A DNA stretch of 64,000 nt from the NCBI GenBank assembly GCA_964508155.1, contig CAZDRE010000002.1, forward strand, positions 92,695 through 156,694, read 5' to 3'. This stretch comes from an uncultured Candidatus Bathyarchaeia archaeon. GTDB lineage: Archaea; Thermoproteota; Bathyarchaeia; Bathyarchaeales; DTEX01. This document shows positions 8,015 through 17,606 of the stretch, in pieces; positions within the stretch are counted from its first letter, which is position 1; each line of letters opens with the position of its first letter. A program made the position numbers and the translations under genes. The notes under the pieces were generated by a model. It had not been told where the DNA came from, searched no databases, and saw nothing but the letters and a program-made list of their open reading frames with translations.

Positions 8015-9889
8015 TCAGTTGAATTTTTTGTTTTGTCCCATAGACAATACTTCTATTCCAGCTACTTTAGCTGCCTCCTGCTGGGGTTCAGTCAGCGACT
8101 CAAAATAGATTGACAATTGATTATCGTTGACTTTGCATGTAAAGGTCTTTTTTATCGCCCTACATTTTCCGCCAGCCTCATTGAAGATATTAAAGCTCGT
8201 CAAAACGGGCTTATCCTGAATGTAAACATTAAAGAACTCGATTCCGCCGAAATCCATAATGGTCTCAGCGAAATGTAAGACCACCTTATATTCGCCATTA
8301 GGCACATCGAAAACATAGGAGAAGCTTTGTCCGAAACGTTGGGATTGATAGATCGTTGGATCATCGGTATTCCAGATTTTACTTCTGACGATCAACACGT
8401 CACTGTAAGTGCGTGTTACATATCCCCATTTCCCATAGCTGTAAGGTCTGTCTGCAAGCCATTTGCATCCCGCGCTATCAACGTAATTATCTCCGCCAAC
8501 ATTTATGCGGATGGGAATCGGGCATTTCGGGATGATTTGTCCTCTTGCCAGCCTTTGGCGAATAGGAGTCTTCTCTGGTTTCTCGGCTTTCGGGATCGCC
8601 GATGCTAATTCACTCCCGAGTTTCCTCGTCTCCTCAACCCACAAATCTAGTCTTTTCTCGAGTTCAACTGCGATTTCCCACTTCTCATCTATGATATTCC
8701 TTTGTTCTTTCGGATCATTTCTTAAATCGTATAATTCACGGAAGATCGTACCTTGTCTAATCTTAGACGGATCCATTCCAATTCTCTCAGCGAGAGCCTT
8801 AAATCGCGTAACCCAATTTCCCCCTCCCTCCATTTTTATCTCGAAGAATCTCTCATCAAAGGGAAGAAGGATCTTAGCTCGTATAAACTTGTAATCTTCC
8901 GTGTGAACTGATAGATGCTCGAAGCTCGGCCGATCAACATTTCTGAGCCTAGTATTATGCTCGGTATGGCTGAAGACCATGCTTCGAGGCTGAAAGTCAG
9001 GGTCTCCCTTGATGAGAGGTAAGTAGCTTCTTCCCTGAAGAGTAAATGTTACGGGTATATCTAGGATGTCCAAAATTGTAGGGACAATATCGACTGTAGC
9101 TATCAATCCATGAATTGTTCTTCCTTCCGGCAATACAGAGGGACATGACATCACGAGAGGAACATGCAAAATCTCATTATATAAGTTCACTTTCTTCTCT
9201 AGGAATCCATGTTCCCAAAATTCGGTTCCGTGATCGGATGTGTATATGACTAATGTATTCTCTTTTATGCCGAGCTCCTCAAGTTTGTCGAGTAACCTGC
9301 CGAAGTAATAGTCTACGTGGCTAATCTCACCGTCATATCTATCGATGTATCCTTCGCCCCACATATCATCAAAGGGTTTCGGAGGGTTAAATGGTTCATG
9401 AGTGTCATTATCATGAATGAAAATGAAGAATTTGTTTTGCTTTCCATACTCATCTAGCCATTTGATTGCTTCATTGATTATCCTTTTTGTAGCCTGATTG
9501 TATCCAAAACCCCAAAAGTAATCATCAAATCCTCTGCCGTAGCCTAGGCTGGGATGAAGGTATCCATTACTGCTCGTGAAAGCCTTTGTAACATATCCAT
9601 GCCCCTTAAGGATTTCCGCGATCGTGAATATCTTTGATGAGAGTGGAGGATTATACCTGAGTAATGTCATTCGATGCGTCAAGGGATAAAGCCCAGTATG
9701 CATTGTCATGTATTGAGGTAAAGTCCAACCGCTATTCGCGACATGATCCGTGAAGAGGACTCCCTCTTTGGCTAATCTGTCAAGGTTCGGCGTTGTTTCT
9801 CTGTGATAGCCATAACAGCTCAGATGATCTCTCCTGACAGTATCCGGAGAGAAAAAGATCACATTCAATCCTTCAGACTTGCCGCTCAT
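8015..9889 (-). CDS. sulfatase-fold (alkaline phosphatase superfamily) enzyme with C-terminal malectin-like domain
   Basis: 624 aa. N-terminal NVIFFSPDTVRRDHLSCYGYHRETTPNLDRLA and TSDHGTEFWEHG. C-terminal about 170 aa IRINVGGDNYVDSAGCKWLADRPY... is malectin-like. No signal peptide. Confidence 0.8.
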   Translation of the reverse strand: MSGKSEGLNVIFFSPDTVRRDHLSCYGYHRETTPNLDRLAKEGVLFTDHVANSGWTLPQYMTMHTGLYPLTHRMTLLRYNPPLSSKIFTIAEILKGHGYVTKAFTSSNGYLHPSLGYGRGFDDYFWGFGYNQATKRIINEAIKWLDEYGKQNKFFIFIHDNDTHEPFNPPKPFDDMWGEGYIDRYDGEISHVDYYFGRLLDKLEELGIKENTLVIYTSDHGTEFWEHGFLEKKVNLYNEILHVPLVMSCPSVLPEGRTIHGLIATVDIVPTILDILDIPVTFTLQGRSYLPLIKGDPDFQPRSMVFSHTEHNTRLRNVDRPSFEHLSVHTEDYKFIRAKILLPFDERFFEIKMEGGGNWVTRFKALAERIGMDPSKIRQGTIFRELYDLRNDPKEQRNIIDEKWEIAVELEKRLDLWVEETRKLGSELASAIPKAEKPEKTPIRQRLARGQIIPKCPIPIRINVGGDNYVDSAGCKWLADRPYSYGKWGYVTRTYSDVLIVRSKIWNTDDPTIYQSQRFGQSFSYVFDVPNGEYKVVLHFAETIMDFGGIEFFNVYIQDKPVLTSFNIFNEAGGKCRAIKKTFTCKVNDNQLSIYFESLTEPQQEAAKVAGIEVLSMGQNKKFN

Positions 9890-9902
9890 CCGCTCCCACC
9901 AA

Positions 9903-10586
9903 TCATATTGGCTCTAGAACTATCGCTCTTATCCAAGACGAATCTAAACCAGCGACTCGAAGTGGAAGTCCAATATAGAATACCCTCTCCTTACTAATTT
10001 TCTCCAGATTTATTAGACCCTCGATCATTGGAATGTCATTCCCTAAAAGATTATTGTGGGTGGCCATTGAACCGGGAGCCTCAACTCTCACATTCTGAAC
10101 TCCTACCATCTTCACTGGCTTATTCGCAAGCCACTTTGCAGATTCTGGAGAGATGTATGGTTGTTCATCACCATGATATGGGCTCCAAAGCAGGACTATA
10201 TCGTCCTTTTTAACTTTTTTCTCTAGATATTCAGGCTTTATTGGTTGCCCGCTACCCTTAATGGGGTTCAGAAAATCGAATTTCAACACAACGGCCTCTC
10301 CCATGAACTTTTCAAGAGGCATTTCTGAGGCGGATTTCCATCCGTCTTTCAGGTGCGCTGGCATCTCAACATGTGTTCCAACATGTGTTTCTGCTTCAAC
10401 CCAATGCATTATGGCTTTATCAGGAGCGTATATGAACTGACGTATCTCAAACCGTCTGATCTGACCTCCATGGATATACTCTCCGTTTACCTTCAATATT
10501 CCAGGAATGATCTCCTGCGAAAGATCGATTATCCTATATCTATTAAGGTCGATCATCTTTCCATCACAATCCATATCGTAATTCAT
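9903..10586 (-). CDS. cyclase family protein (kynurenine formamidase-like)
   Basis: 227 aa. HVGTHVEMPAHL corresponds to the HxGTHxDxPxH-type metal motif of the putative cyclase family. Confidence 0.8.
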   Translation of the reverse strand: MNYDMDCDGKMIDLNRYRIIDLSQEIIPGILKVNGEYIHGGQIRRFEIRQFIYAPDKAIMHWVEAETHVGTHVEMPAHLKDGWKSASEMPLEKFMGEAVVLKFDFLNPIKGSGQPIKPEYLEKKVKKDDIVLLWSPYHGDEQPYISPESAKWLANKPVKMVGVQNVRVEAPGSMATHNNLLGNDIPMIEGLINLEKISKERVFYIGLPLRVAGLDSSWIRAIVLEPI

Positions 10587-10592
10587 TTCATA

Positions 10593-11309
10593 TTAGAAAT
10601 CTTTTGCTATCTGCCACTTTCGCCTTCTCCTATCGTATTCCTCGCGGGTCATGCGGGAACGGGCAGGATTCCCGAAAACCACCGTGTTGTCAGGCACATC
10701 CTTTGTTACAACTGATCCCGCGCCTATAACAGCTTTTCTTCCAATATGGATTCCTGGCAGAATAGTTGCGTTTGCGCAGATTATTGCTCCGTCCTCAACC
10801 TTTACGCCGACGAGTCTTCCACTTGGCGGATACGGATCATTGGTGAAGCAGACATTAGGCGCAATGAATACATCATCTTTGATCACTGTCAAATGGGGAA
10901 GATAGACGTTCGATTGTATCTTAACATTATTGCCTATTCTAACGGTTCCGTCAAGAATAACTCCGGTTCCAATAAGTGAGTTGTCGCCGATGGTGCTACC
11001 CTCCCTTATCAGGACGTTATGTCCTGTCCTAACGCGGCTTCCTATTACGCTATCTTCATAGATCACGGTGCCGGAACGGATTATGCATTGTCTTCCTATC
11101 CTTGCGCCATTGCTTACTTTACTGCTTTCCTCTAGACTAAACTCCCCAACGGCCCTGATCATCTTTATCTTCTTCTCGATGGGATATCCAATGGTGACGT
11201 TTCCTTCAATGATCGTTCCATCGGCAATCACTGTCTTACCTAGAATTATCGCGTCTCCTACAACTCCATTTATGATGGCATTACGGGAAATGAATCTTGT
11301 CATGTACAC
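10593..11309 (-). CDS. left-handed beta-helix (hexapeptide repeat) acyltransferase
   Basis: 238 aa with continuous hexapeptide periodicity ([29 protein letters not shown] etc.) and FGNPAR near the C-terminus. Confidence 0.85.
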   Translation of the reverse strand: MYMTRFISRNAIINGVVGDAIILGKTVIADGTIIEGNVTIGYPIEKKIKMIRAVGEFSLEESSKVSNGARIGRQCIIRSGTVIYEDSVIGSRVRTGHNVLIREGSTIGDNSLIGTGVILDGTVRIGNNVKIQSNVYLPHLTVIKDDVFIAPNVCFTNDPYPPSGRLVGVKVEDGAIICANATILPGIHIGRKAVIGAGSVVTKDVPDNTVVFGNPARSRMTREEYDRRRRKWQIAKDF

Positions 11310-11534
11310 TCCTCAAAGGATCGCTTACTAATTACCCTTAAAAATATTCACAGATGCATTTGAAGATGAACTCAATAAGGATTATATAGGGCTTATCTAA
11401 AGATAACTAGACATCTAGAGGGAATACATAACAAAGGTTTATCTTGAATACTGTGGAGCAAAAAAGTAATATGCATGAATATATATCACTAATATGTAAT
11501 AGTGCTATGGATCGTTGTTCTTTAAGGCCTCAGA

Positions 11535-11840
11535 GTGAGGAGAGCATTCATGGCAAGAAGGCCTAAAGCTGAAACCCAAAAGATGTTCAGCGCTGCCGCT
11601 GTTCTCGTAAGAAATACGACTTGGAAGTGCGGTAGGATCGAGCGGTTAGTTATCGAGTATCTACAGAGTCATTTACGGAGGAATGGGCAACGCTGGTCCA
11701 GAATAAAGGATATGATTCAGCACTTTAGGCTTGAGGGAAAACAAAAGAGCGAATTCTTTGATGCTCTTAAACGACTGGAGAGAAGACGAATAATAAGAAT
11801 CGAGGTTTCAGAATCGGACGGTCCAAGTAACCTACTTTAA
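11535..11840 (+). CDS. hypothetical basic protein, possible winged-helix
   Basis: 101 aa from a GTG start; an alternative in-frame ATG lies at 11550 (MARRPK). C-terminal EFFDALKRLERRRIIRIEV looks wHTH-like. No family recognised. Confidence 0.4.
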   Translation: MRRAFMARRPKAETQKMFSAAAVLVRNTTWKCGRIERLVIEYLQSHLRRNGQRWSRIKDMIQHFRLEGKQKSEFFDALKRLERRRIIRIEVSESDGPSNLL

Positions 11841-12262
11841 ATTCTCGTATTTTTTCTTTTTTCTGCCTGTTCCCTTAGCCATCTCGCAGTTTCACGCATT
11901 ACTGGATGTTCAGAGACATTTACAACAGGAATCTCCAGACCACTTACCTTTATCGATGGGGCGTATTTTGGCATTAACGCGAAGTTTACGGAGCTCCAGT
12001 AGATCCTCCCCTCTAGATACTTCTCCATAAGGTCATTCGTATCTGGTGTAAGCGGAAAGTATATGAAAAGGACGCCCTCAGCCCAGTATGCCACTACGGG
12101 AAGTCCAGAATGAATTATCTTTGCGAACATTTGACTCAGATTTTCCTTCGAAAATTGGAAGTAATCGAGGATTACGATCTCTTTAGGCGGCTGATATATG
12201 ATCTTAATCTTCTCCTTCTCCTCCATAATTACTCCTCCGTGAGCCAAGTCATTTACCGACAT
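11837..12262 (-). CDS. hypothetical protein
   Basis: 141 aa ORF without a competing gene. Convergent 4-nt overlap with 11535-11840. No recognisable motif. Confidence 0.45.
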   Translation of the reverse strand: MSVNDLAHGGVIMEEKEKIKIIYQPPKEIVILDYFQFSKENLSQMFAKIIHSGLPVVAYWAEGVLFIYFPLTPDTNDLMEKYLEGRIYWSSVNFALMPKYAPSIKVSGLEIPVVNVSEHPVMRETARWLREQAEKRKNTRI

Positions 12263-12559
12263 TGTTCCCTATCGTTTGATTAGGAATCAATTTTCGCTTA
12301 AATCTATTTCTATCTTCTGCTGTCTCTCTGGTTGATAAAAATTATTTTATGTCACTTCCCTGAAAAACTCAGTAAATTACAGATAGAGAAAAGTCGGCTG
12401 ATTCCTATCCTCAATAAATGTCTTTTATATTGAATGTCCATTCAAACAGTGGATGTCTAAGCAAATGTATATTTAACTGAAATTCAAAAGATAGAAAATG
12501 ATATATTCGTGTATAAGTGATTCTCTGGAAGAGTTTTGATGTTTGGTAAGTGATATCAA

Positions 12560-13420
12560 ATGTCTACTAGAACGGAAGATTTAAGATTTCGTCTCGCGAC
12601 GGTTGAACTTTTAAGAATGGCTAAAAAACAATATACTTACAAGAGGTTACAAGAAGAGACGAACCTTCCAGTAACCGTCCTAAGCAGATACGTAAAAGGT
12701 CACGTCTTACCGAATATGAAAAGAGCAAAGGAAATTTGGAAGGCCCTCTCGAGGATAATAGACCTGGAAAAGGAGATTAAGAGGAGGCTTAAGTGGGATG
12801 ACAATGGCTTCTTTGATAACACTTCAGTAATCGGCGATACGAGTCTGTTAAGTCAAGCTGCAAATTATGCGATTGCGAGGTTTGCTGGTAGAAGGATAAC
12901 GAAGGTCCTCACGGCAGCCGTGGATGGAATACCGCTTGCAACTCTTGTTGCTAAGGCTTTAGGGGTTAATGTTGTTATAGCGAAGCCTATGAGGGAGGCT
13001 GGAGTCTCAGCCTTTCTGGAGGAGACATATGCATTGAATGGATCAGGTAGAACGATGACGCTGTATATTCCAAAGAATGCGATTAGAAGACAGAAGAGGA
13101 TGAGAGAAAAGCATCAGACAGAGAGGGAAGCTCTAGAATCTATAAAGAAGTGGAGAGCAAAGGGATACGAGGCTCGCCTAATAGGTAAGAGCCCCTCTGA
13201 CGGCTTATATGAAGTGGAGATCTCAAGAATATATGATAGCGTATTAATAGTTGATGATGTCATACGGACGGGAGATGTTCAAGCAGCATTAATTAACCTC
13301 GTAAAGAAGGCTAAGGCTGAAGTTTCAGGGATCTTTGCTTTAATATCTGTTGGGGATGCATGGAAGGAAAAAATTCGTGTGCCAAAGGGATGCCAGATAG
13401 AGATTATACTTAAACTTTAA
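12560..13420 (+). CDS. HTH domain fused to type I phosphoribosyltransferase fold (PurR/GfcR-like regulator)
   Basis: 286 aa. N-terminal HTH (YKRLQEETNLPVTVLSRYVKGHVLP) and PRPP loop VLIVDDVIRTGDV. Contains an unusual charged insertion (see findings). Confidence 0.7.
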   Translation: MSTRTEDLRFRLATVELLRMAKKQYTYKRLQEETNLPVTVLSRYVKGHVLPNMKRAKEIWKALSRIIDLEKEIKRRLKWDDNGFFDNTSVIGDTSLLSQAANYAIARFAGRRITKVLTAAVDGIPLATLVAKALGVNVVIAKPMREAGVSAFLEETYALNGSGRTMTLYIPKNAIRRQKRMREKHQTEREALESIKKWRAKGYEARLIGKSPSDGLYEVEISRIYDSVLIVDDVIRTGDVQAALINLVKKAKAEVSGIFALISVGDAWKEKIRVPKGCQIEIILKL

Positions 13421-13423
13421 GGT

Positions 13424-13585
13424 CTATCGTGTTCTCTCCCTCTTCTTCCATCGCAAATTCTTACTTCTGCATTTTCTGCATTTCTTCGCTGTTGGAGCAT
13501 TCCTAACCCCGCACTCCCTGCAGATCTTATAGAAGAGCCTCTTACGCTGTGCTATACTCCTCTTCACAGGATCCGTGATCGGCAT
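13424..13585 (-). CDS. rpl40e: 50S ribosomal protein L40e
   Basis: My own translation of the minus strand gives [53 protein letters not shown] (53 aa). ATG at 13585-13583, TAG at 13426-13424. It has the CxxC-x14-CxxC zinc ribbon typical of L40e. Absent from the ORF track because it is under 60 aa. Confidence 0.85.
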   Translation of the reverse strand: MPITDPVKRSIAQRKRLFYKICRECGVRNAPTAKKCRKCRSKNLRWKKRERTR

Positions 13586-13741
13586 TTAGCATCCCTCGAT
13601 ATACTCGATGCCAAAACAGATATATTTGTTTTGGTCGATGAGAATGAATAATAGTCTTTTTATACCGCAAGATATTTATTAATGGTAATAGAGCAATAAC
13701 TTCACAAGTTACATATAATTGGAGGAGTGAGGCGATAAGAA

Positions 13742-14017
13742 ATGTCTGAGGCGAATTCTGTGCTTATAGGCAAAAAGCCAATAATGAACTACGTCCTAGC
13801 ATGCATAACACTATTCCACAGCGGAGCAAAAGAAGTCAGCATAAAAGCCAGAGGAAGAGCAATAAGCAGAGCAGTAGACGTAGCCGAGATAACTAGAAGG
13901 AGATTTCTGCCAGACGTTAAAGTCGGAAAGATCACGATAGGCACGGAAGAGCTGAAGAGCGAGGAAGACGGCAACATAACCAATGTCAGCACAATAGAGA
14001 TAGTACTGACTCGATAG
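13742..14017 (+). CDS. albA: DNA/RNA-binding protein Alba
   Basis: 91 aa. [53 protein letters not shown] is canonical Alba. A GGAGGAG SD-like run lies at 13721-13727. Confidence 0.95.
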   Translation: MSEANSVLIGKKPIMNYVLACITLFHSGAKEVSIKARGRAISRAVDVAEITRRRFLPDVKVGKITIGTEELKSEEDGNITNVSTIEIVLTR

Positions 14018-14077
14018 GAGGTGCAGTGCACATTAAAGTTCGTCCCACCTCCTTTATTTTGGAGGGATCAGGAGTAG

Positions 14078-14587
14078 GTGAGAACGGAGTTATGTCAGTT
14101 TTGCTTAAAAAGCGGGATCCTATGTCCAAAATGTAAGAAGAAGGTTGAGAGTGGTAAGGTAAGTCAGCTAGACTTAAAGATAGGGAGGATACTCCTTTCT
14201 CTGGAAAAGATGTATCCTTCACTTCAAGACGTATATTTTCATAAATCCATAGAATCAGATGGTGTTTTGGCAATTTTTGTTGGACGTGGAGATATCCCAC
14301 GCATTTTAAGTTACGGTGGAAAGATAATTAAGGTGTTAGAGGAGAAGACGAAGAAGACAGTTAGGGTTTTAGAGTATAAATCAGATGAAAGAAAGTTTCT
14401 GGAAGACTTGTTTGCTCCGTTGGATATCTTGACAATAAATCATATTTGGCTTCCGGACGGAACGATCGAGACAAGAGTCATCTTGAAGGGGAAAGGAAAA
14501 AAGAAGTATATGAAATATATCGATGCGTTAAAGGAGATCGCAAAGGAATCGAGGGGTATGATACTCAGAGTTGAGTTTGCAGCTTAA
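14078..14587 (+). CDS. NusA-like KH-domain protein with N-terminal zinc ribbon (tentative)
   Basis: 169 aa. CQFC-x6-CPKC at the N-terminus, then a KH-like GRGDIPRILSYGGKIIKVLEEKTKKTVRVLE. Resembles crenarchaeal NusA-like small proteins as I recall them. Confidence 0.5.
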   Translation: MRTELCQFCLKSGILCPKCKKKVESGKVSQLDLKIGRILLSLEKMYPSLQDVYFHKSIESDGVLAIFVGRGDIPRILSYGGKIIKVLEEKTKKTVRVLEYKSDERKFLEDLFAPLDILTINHIWLPDGTIETRVILKGKGKKKYMKYIDALKEIAKESRGMILRVEFAA

Positions 14588-14622
14588 TAGGGCATGAAAA
14601 GATTGTCGGAGCTATCCTGCAG

Positions 14623-15942
14623 ATGAAGATCGATGATTTAAAAGACTGGCGGAGAACGCATTACACGGCGGATATAACACCAGAATTAGATGGGCAAGAA
14701 GTAATCGTGATGGGATGGATACGTGAAATTCGTGATCTAGGAGGCATAAGATTCATAGTTCTCCAGGATAGGCTCGGTAAAGTTCAGATTACAATTCCAG
14801 AATCTAAAGTTGATACAGAGACTCTTAGGAAGTCTAGCTCCCTCCACAGGCAGGACTGTATAGCCGTGAAGGGATTTGTTAGGGGTATGGAGAAGGCTCC
14901 GAGAGGAGTTGAGATAATACCGAAAGAGATTAGGATTCTTGGGATCGCGAAGCATCCGCTTCCTATAGACATTACTGGCAGGACGCCAGCGGATATAGAT
15001 GTTAGATTAGATGCAAGGGTCTTAGATTTGCGTAGTGATAGATCCCAAGCGATATTCAAGATTCGCCATGTAGTGCTTGAGGCTACTCGGAATTTTCTGT
15101 CAAAGAGAGGATTTTTGGAGGTGAATACGCCAAAGATAATAGCCTCAGCTACCGAGGGAGGGGCAGCTCTCTTTCCAGTAATCTATTTTGAGCGTGAAGC
15201 CTTTCTTGCGCAGAGTCCCCAACTGTATAAGGAGGAGCTCGTCATAGACTTTGAGAAGGTATATGAGATCGGACCTGCATATAGGGCTGAAAAATCTCAT
15301 ACTAGACGGCACATAACGGAGTTTATATCGATCGATATTGAAGAGGCATTTGTCACGGCCGAGGATGTGATGAGACTTGCCGAGGAACTTATGCAGTTTA
15401 TATGCAGGGTTGTGCGTGAAAAATGCAAGGAGGAACTGGAGGTTCTTAATCATGGTGTTGAGGTTCCTGAGCTTCCGCTGAAGAGATTGACCTATGATGA
15501 GGTCTTGGATGAGCTTAAGGAGTTAGGCATAAAGTTAGAGTGGGGTGAAGATATACCAACCATGGGATATAGAGCCTTAGGAAAGGTTCATCCATACTTT
15601 TATTTCATAATTGACTGGCCGACGAGACTCAAACCGTTTTACATCAAACCTAAAGATGATAATCCGGAGATAAGTGAGGGATTCGATCTGATGTGGAGCT
15701 GGATAGAGATAGCCTCAGGTGGAACGAGGGTTCACAAGAAGGATCTTCTTATAAAGAGATTGAAGGAGCAGGGATTGCATCCAGAATCCTTCAAGTATCA
15801 CCTTCAATCATTTGATTATGGCATGCCTCCGCATGCTGGATGGGCAATAGGTCTGGAAAGACTGATAATGATGCTTACCGGAACAAAAAATATCAGGGAG
15901 GTCGTTCTCTTCCCAAGAGACAGATTCAGATTAACTCCATAA
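14623..15942 (+). CDS. aspS: aspartate--tRNA ligase, archaeal type
   Basis: 439 aa. N-terminal OB fold, class II motifs GPAYRAEKSHTRRHITEF and GLERLIMMLTG, C-terminal FPRDRFRLTP. Confidence 0.95.
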   Translation: MKIDDLKDWRRTHYTADITPELDGQEVIVMGWIREIRDLGGIRFIVLQDRLGKVQITIPESKVDTETLRKSSSLHRQDCIAVKGFVRGMEKAPRGVEIIPKEIRILGIAKHPLPIDITGRTPADIDVRLDARVLDLRSDRSQAIFKIRHVVLEATRNFLSKRGFLEVNTPKIIASATEGGAALFPVIYFEREAFLAQSPQLYKEELVIDFEKVYEIGPAYRAEKSHTRRHITEFISIDIEEAFVTAEDVMRLAEELMQFICRVVREKCKEELEVLNHGVEVPELPLKRLTYDEVLDELKELGIKLEWGEDIPTMGYRALGKVHPYFYFIIDWPTRLKPFYIKPKDDNPEISEGFDLMWSWIEIASGGTRVHKKDLLIKRLKEQGLHPESFKYHLQSFDYGMPPHAGWAIGLERLIMMLTGTKNIREVVLFPRDRFRLTP

Positions 15943-16019
15943 AAAACGGAAATCGCTTCTCAAGAGGAAGAGATCATACTTTGGGTGTGATTTCACCGCA
16001 GAAAAATTCTTTATAAAGT

Positions 16020-16340
16020 TTATAAAGAAAGCTTTCTTCTTAATGCCTTTAATGTTCCGGAGACTCTTTCCACATGAATGGCGACTGGAGATGCTCCTAT
16101 ATGTGTGATGCACGGAATTGAAGCTTTAATCATGGGTAAGGCTTTATGGTTGCAACGGAGCACTGCTAATCCCTTCGTGGGATCATAGTCTATTATCTTC
16201 AATTCCGTCTGGCTTGCGCCGTGCTCTCCAAAAAGCCTTAAGATGATACTCCAAACTGCACGTATGAAATCTTTTCTTTCTATTGTCTGGTCACTATCGA
16301 TTCTAACAGCAATGTATCGTCTCCTGACTATTTTGGGCAA
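16020..16340 (-). CDS. rnp2: RNase P protein component 2 (Pop5 homologue)
   Basis: 106 aa. RRRYIAVRIDSD...FIRAVWSIILRLFGEHGASQTELKIIDYDPTKGLAVLRCNH is the Pop5 pattern. Overlaps the upstream rnp3 by 13 nt. Confidence 0.85.
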   Translation of the reverse strand: MPKIVRRRYIAVRIDSDQTIERKDFIRAVWSIILRLFGEHGASQTELKIIDYDPTKGLAVLRCNHKALPMIKASIPCITHIGASPVAIHVERVSGTLKALRRKLSL

Positions 16341-17065
16341 TCCTTCCCTCTCCTAATCACGTAAATGCCTGGAGCGACGTAATTCGGACCGAGCTTCCTT
16401 CTGTTCCGCTCAACTATTTTCTTTGGGTTCTCAGAGATCGCCTTCTTCGCATTCTCAAGATCTAATCCGAAAAGATATCCGAGTGAAGCGTAGTCCTCCG
16501 GTTTCCTCAATAACCATGCTTCGCTTACACCACTAGAAATAACGATCGGCACATCAAATTTCTTCGCTATTATTGTCTCTATTCTCATCTTCCATAGTAG
16601 ATTGATCCTTTGATTTCCATGTAAATATAGAAGCGGAGCCATGTCAAACTCAAGTGAGACTTGAGTTTTTGATGCGAGCTCAGCTTCAGCCGAATCGAAG
16701 AATCTTCTCCTTAGGTCTATTGGAGAGAAGGATAGTATATCGACTCTTCTATCCTTGGCCGCCTGCCTAGCGACGCTCTTAGACAGGCATTTAACGGCGA
16801 TCACCTCTACTCTCCTCCTCAAAAACCTTAAGCTCCTCAAGAGCTCCGCGGAATTCTGTGGCTCCAAATCTATCCTACTAATGAAGTCTAAGCCTACATC
16901 ACTGCAAATTTTACGTATTTCCCTCGCTCTTTCTTGAAGTTTCTCTTGGGGGAGTGATACTCCAACTGCCTTATACCCCAGCTCAGCAGATCTCTTAATG
17001 ATGCGTTCGATCTCGACGCGTTCTTCAAGGTTTGGGCGGAGGTGTAGATCAATGAAGCATTTCAC
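16328..17065 (-). CDS. rnp3: RNase P protein component 3 (Rpp30 homologue)
   Basis: 245 aa. FIDLHLRP start, and a C-terminal half (LEFDMAPLLY..RINLLWKMRIETIIAKKFDVPIVISSGV) that aligns by eye with Pyrococcus Rpp30. Confidence 0.85.
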   Translation of the reverse strand: MKCFIDLHLRPNLEERVEIERIIKRSAELGYKAVGVSLPQEKLQERAREIRKICSDVGLDFISRIDLEPQNSAELLRSLRFLRRRVEVIAVKCLSKSVARQAAKDRRVDILSFSPIDLRRRFFDSAEAELASKTQVSLEFDMAPLLYLHGNQRINLLWKMRIETIIAKKFDVPIVISSGVSEAWLLRKPEDYASLGYLFGLDLENAKKAISENPKKIVERNRRKLGPNYVAPGIYVIRRGKDCPK

Positions 17066-17505
17066 GGTAGCATCCCTAACTCCCTACATATCTGTTTTAT
17101 CTCATTAATCTTTGAAGTTTTGAATCTTATCTTCAAGTGTATCGGATCGGTATTGCAAAGCCTATATCTCTCCATGTAAGCGGCCTGCTTATCAAGTCTT
17201 ATGTAAAGTTTTCCCCCGTCCAATCGCCTGCCGAGTTCGGAGTTCAGAGTCCTTTTATCGTGTAGTGGTAGATTATCGCCTATTCTCCTCAAAAGAGCCT
17301 CAGTTATTTCAGGCTTTGTTATTCTCGCCCTATAATATATTATCGGATTTCCATACTCCCCCTTCAGAACTCTCTTATGAAGTATAACTTCCTCAATTTT
17401 GTTTGGTGGTAGTATATTCTGGAATGCCCTCTTAACTTTCTCGGGATCCTCAGTTGCATGCGCGAATATGCTTATCTCGATAGATGCTACTCTCTTCCTT
17501 ACCAC
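17062..17505 (-). CDS. COG1325/DUF54-type RNA-binding protein (predicted exosome-associated)
   Basis: 147 aa. SIEISIFAHATEDPEKVKRAF start, and a 4-nt overlap with rnp3. This family sits at this position in the archaeal RNase P/exosome gene neighbourhood. Confidence 0.7.
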   Translation of the reverse strand: MVRKRVASIEISIFAHATEDPEKVKRAFQNILPPNKIEEVILHKRVLKGEYGNPIIYYRARITKPEITEALLRRIGDNLPLHDKRTLNSELGRRLDGGKLYIRLDKQAAYMERYRLCNTDPIHLKIRFKTSKINEIKQICRELGMLP

Positions 17506-17606
17506 CGATGCTTCACGCCCTTAACCTTGTTCTTTTCTTATGAGCATAGAGACTTTTATTAATTCTGATTTTCATAATGCTAGTGTTTGCTAAATTCTAA
17601 GAGGCG

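Noticed and set aside
13789-14300. ORFs 13789-14031 and 13986-14300 on the minus strand.
   Set aside because: They overlap the unmistakable alba gene and the zinc-ribbon/KH gene, and no motifs are present.
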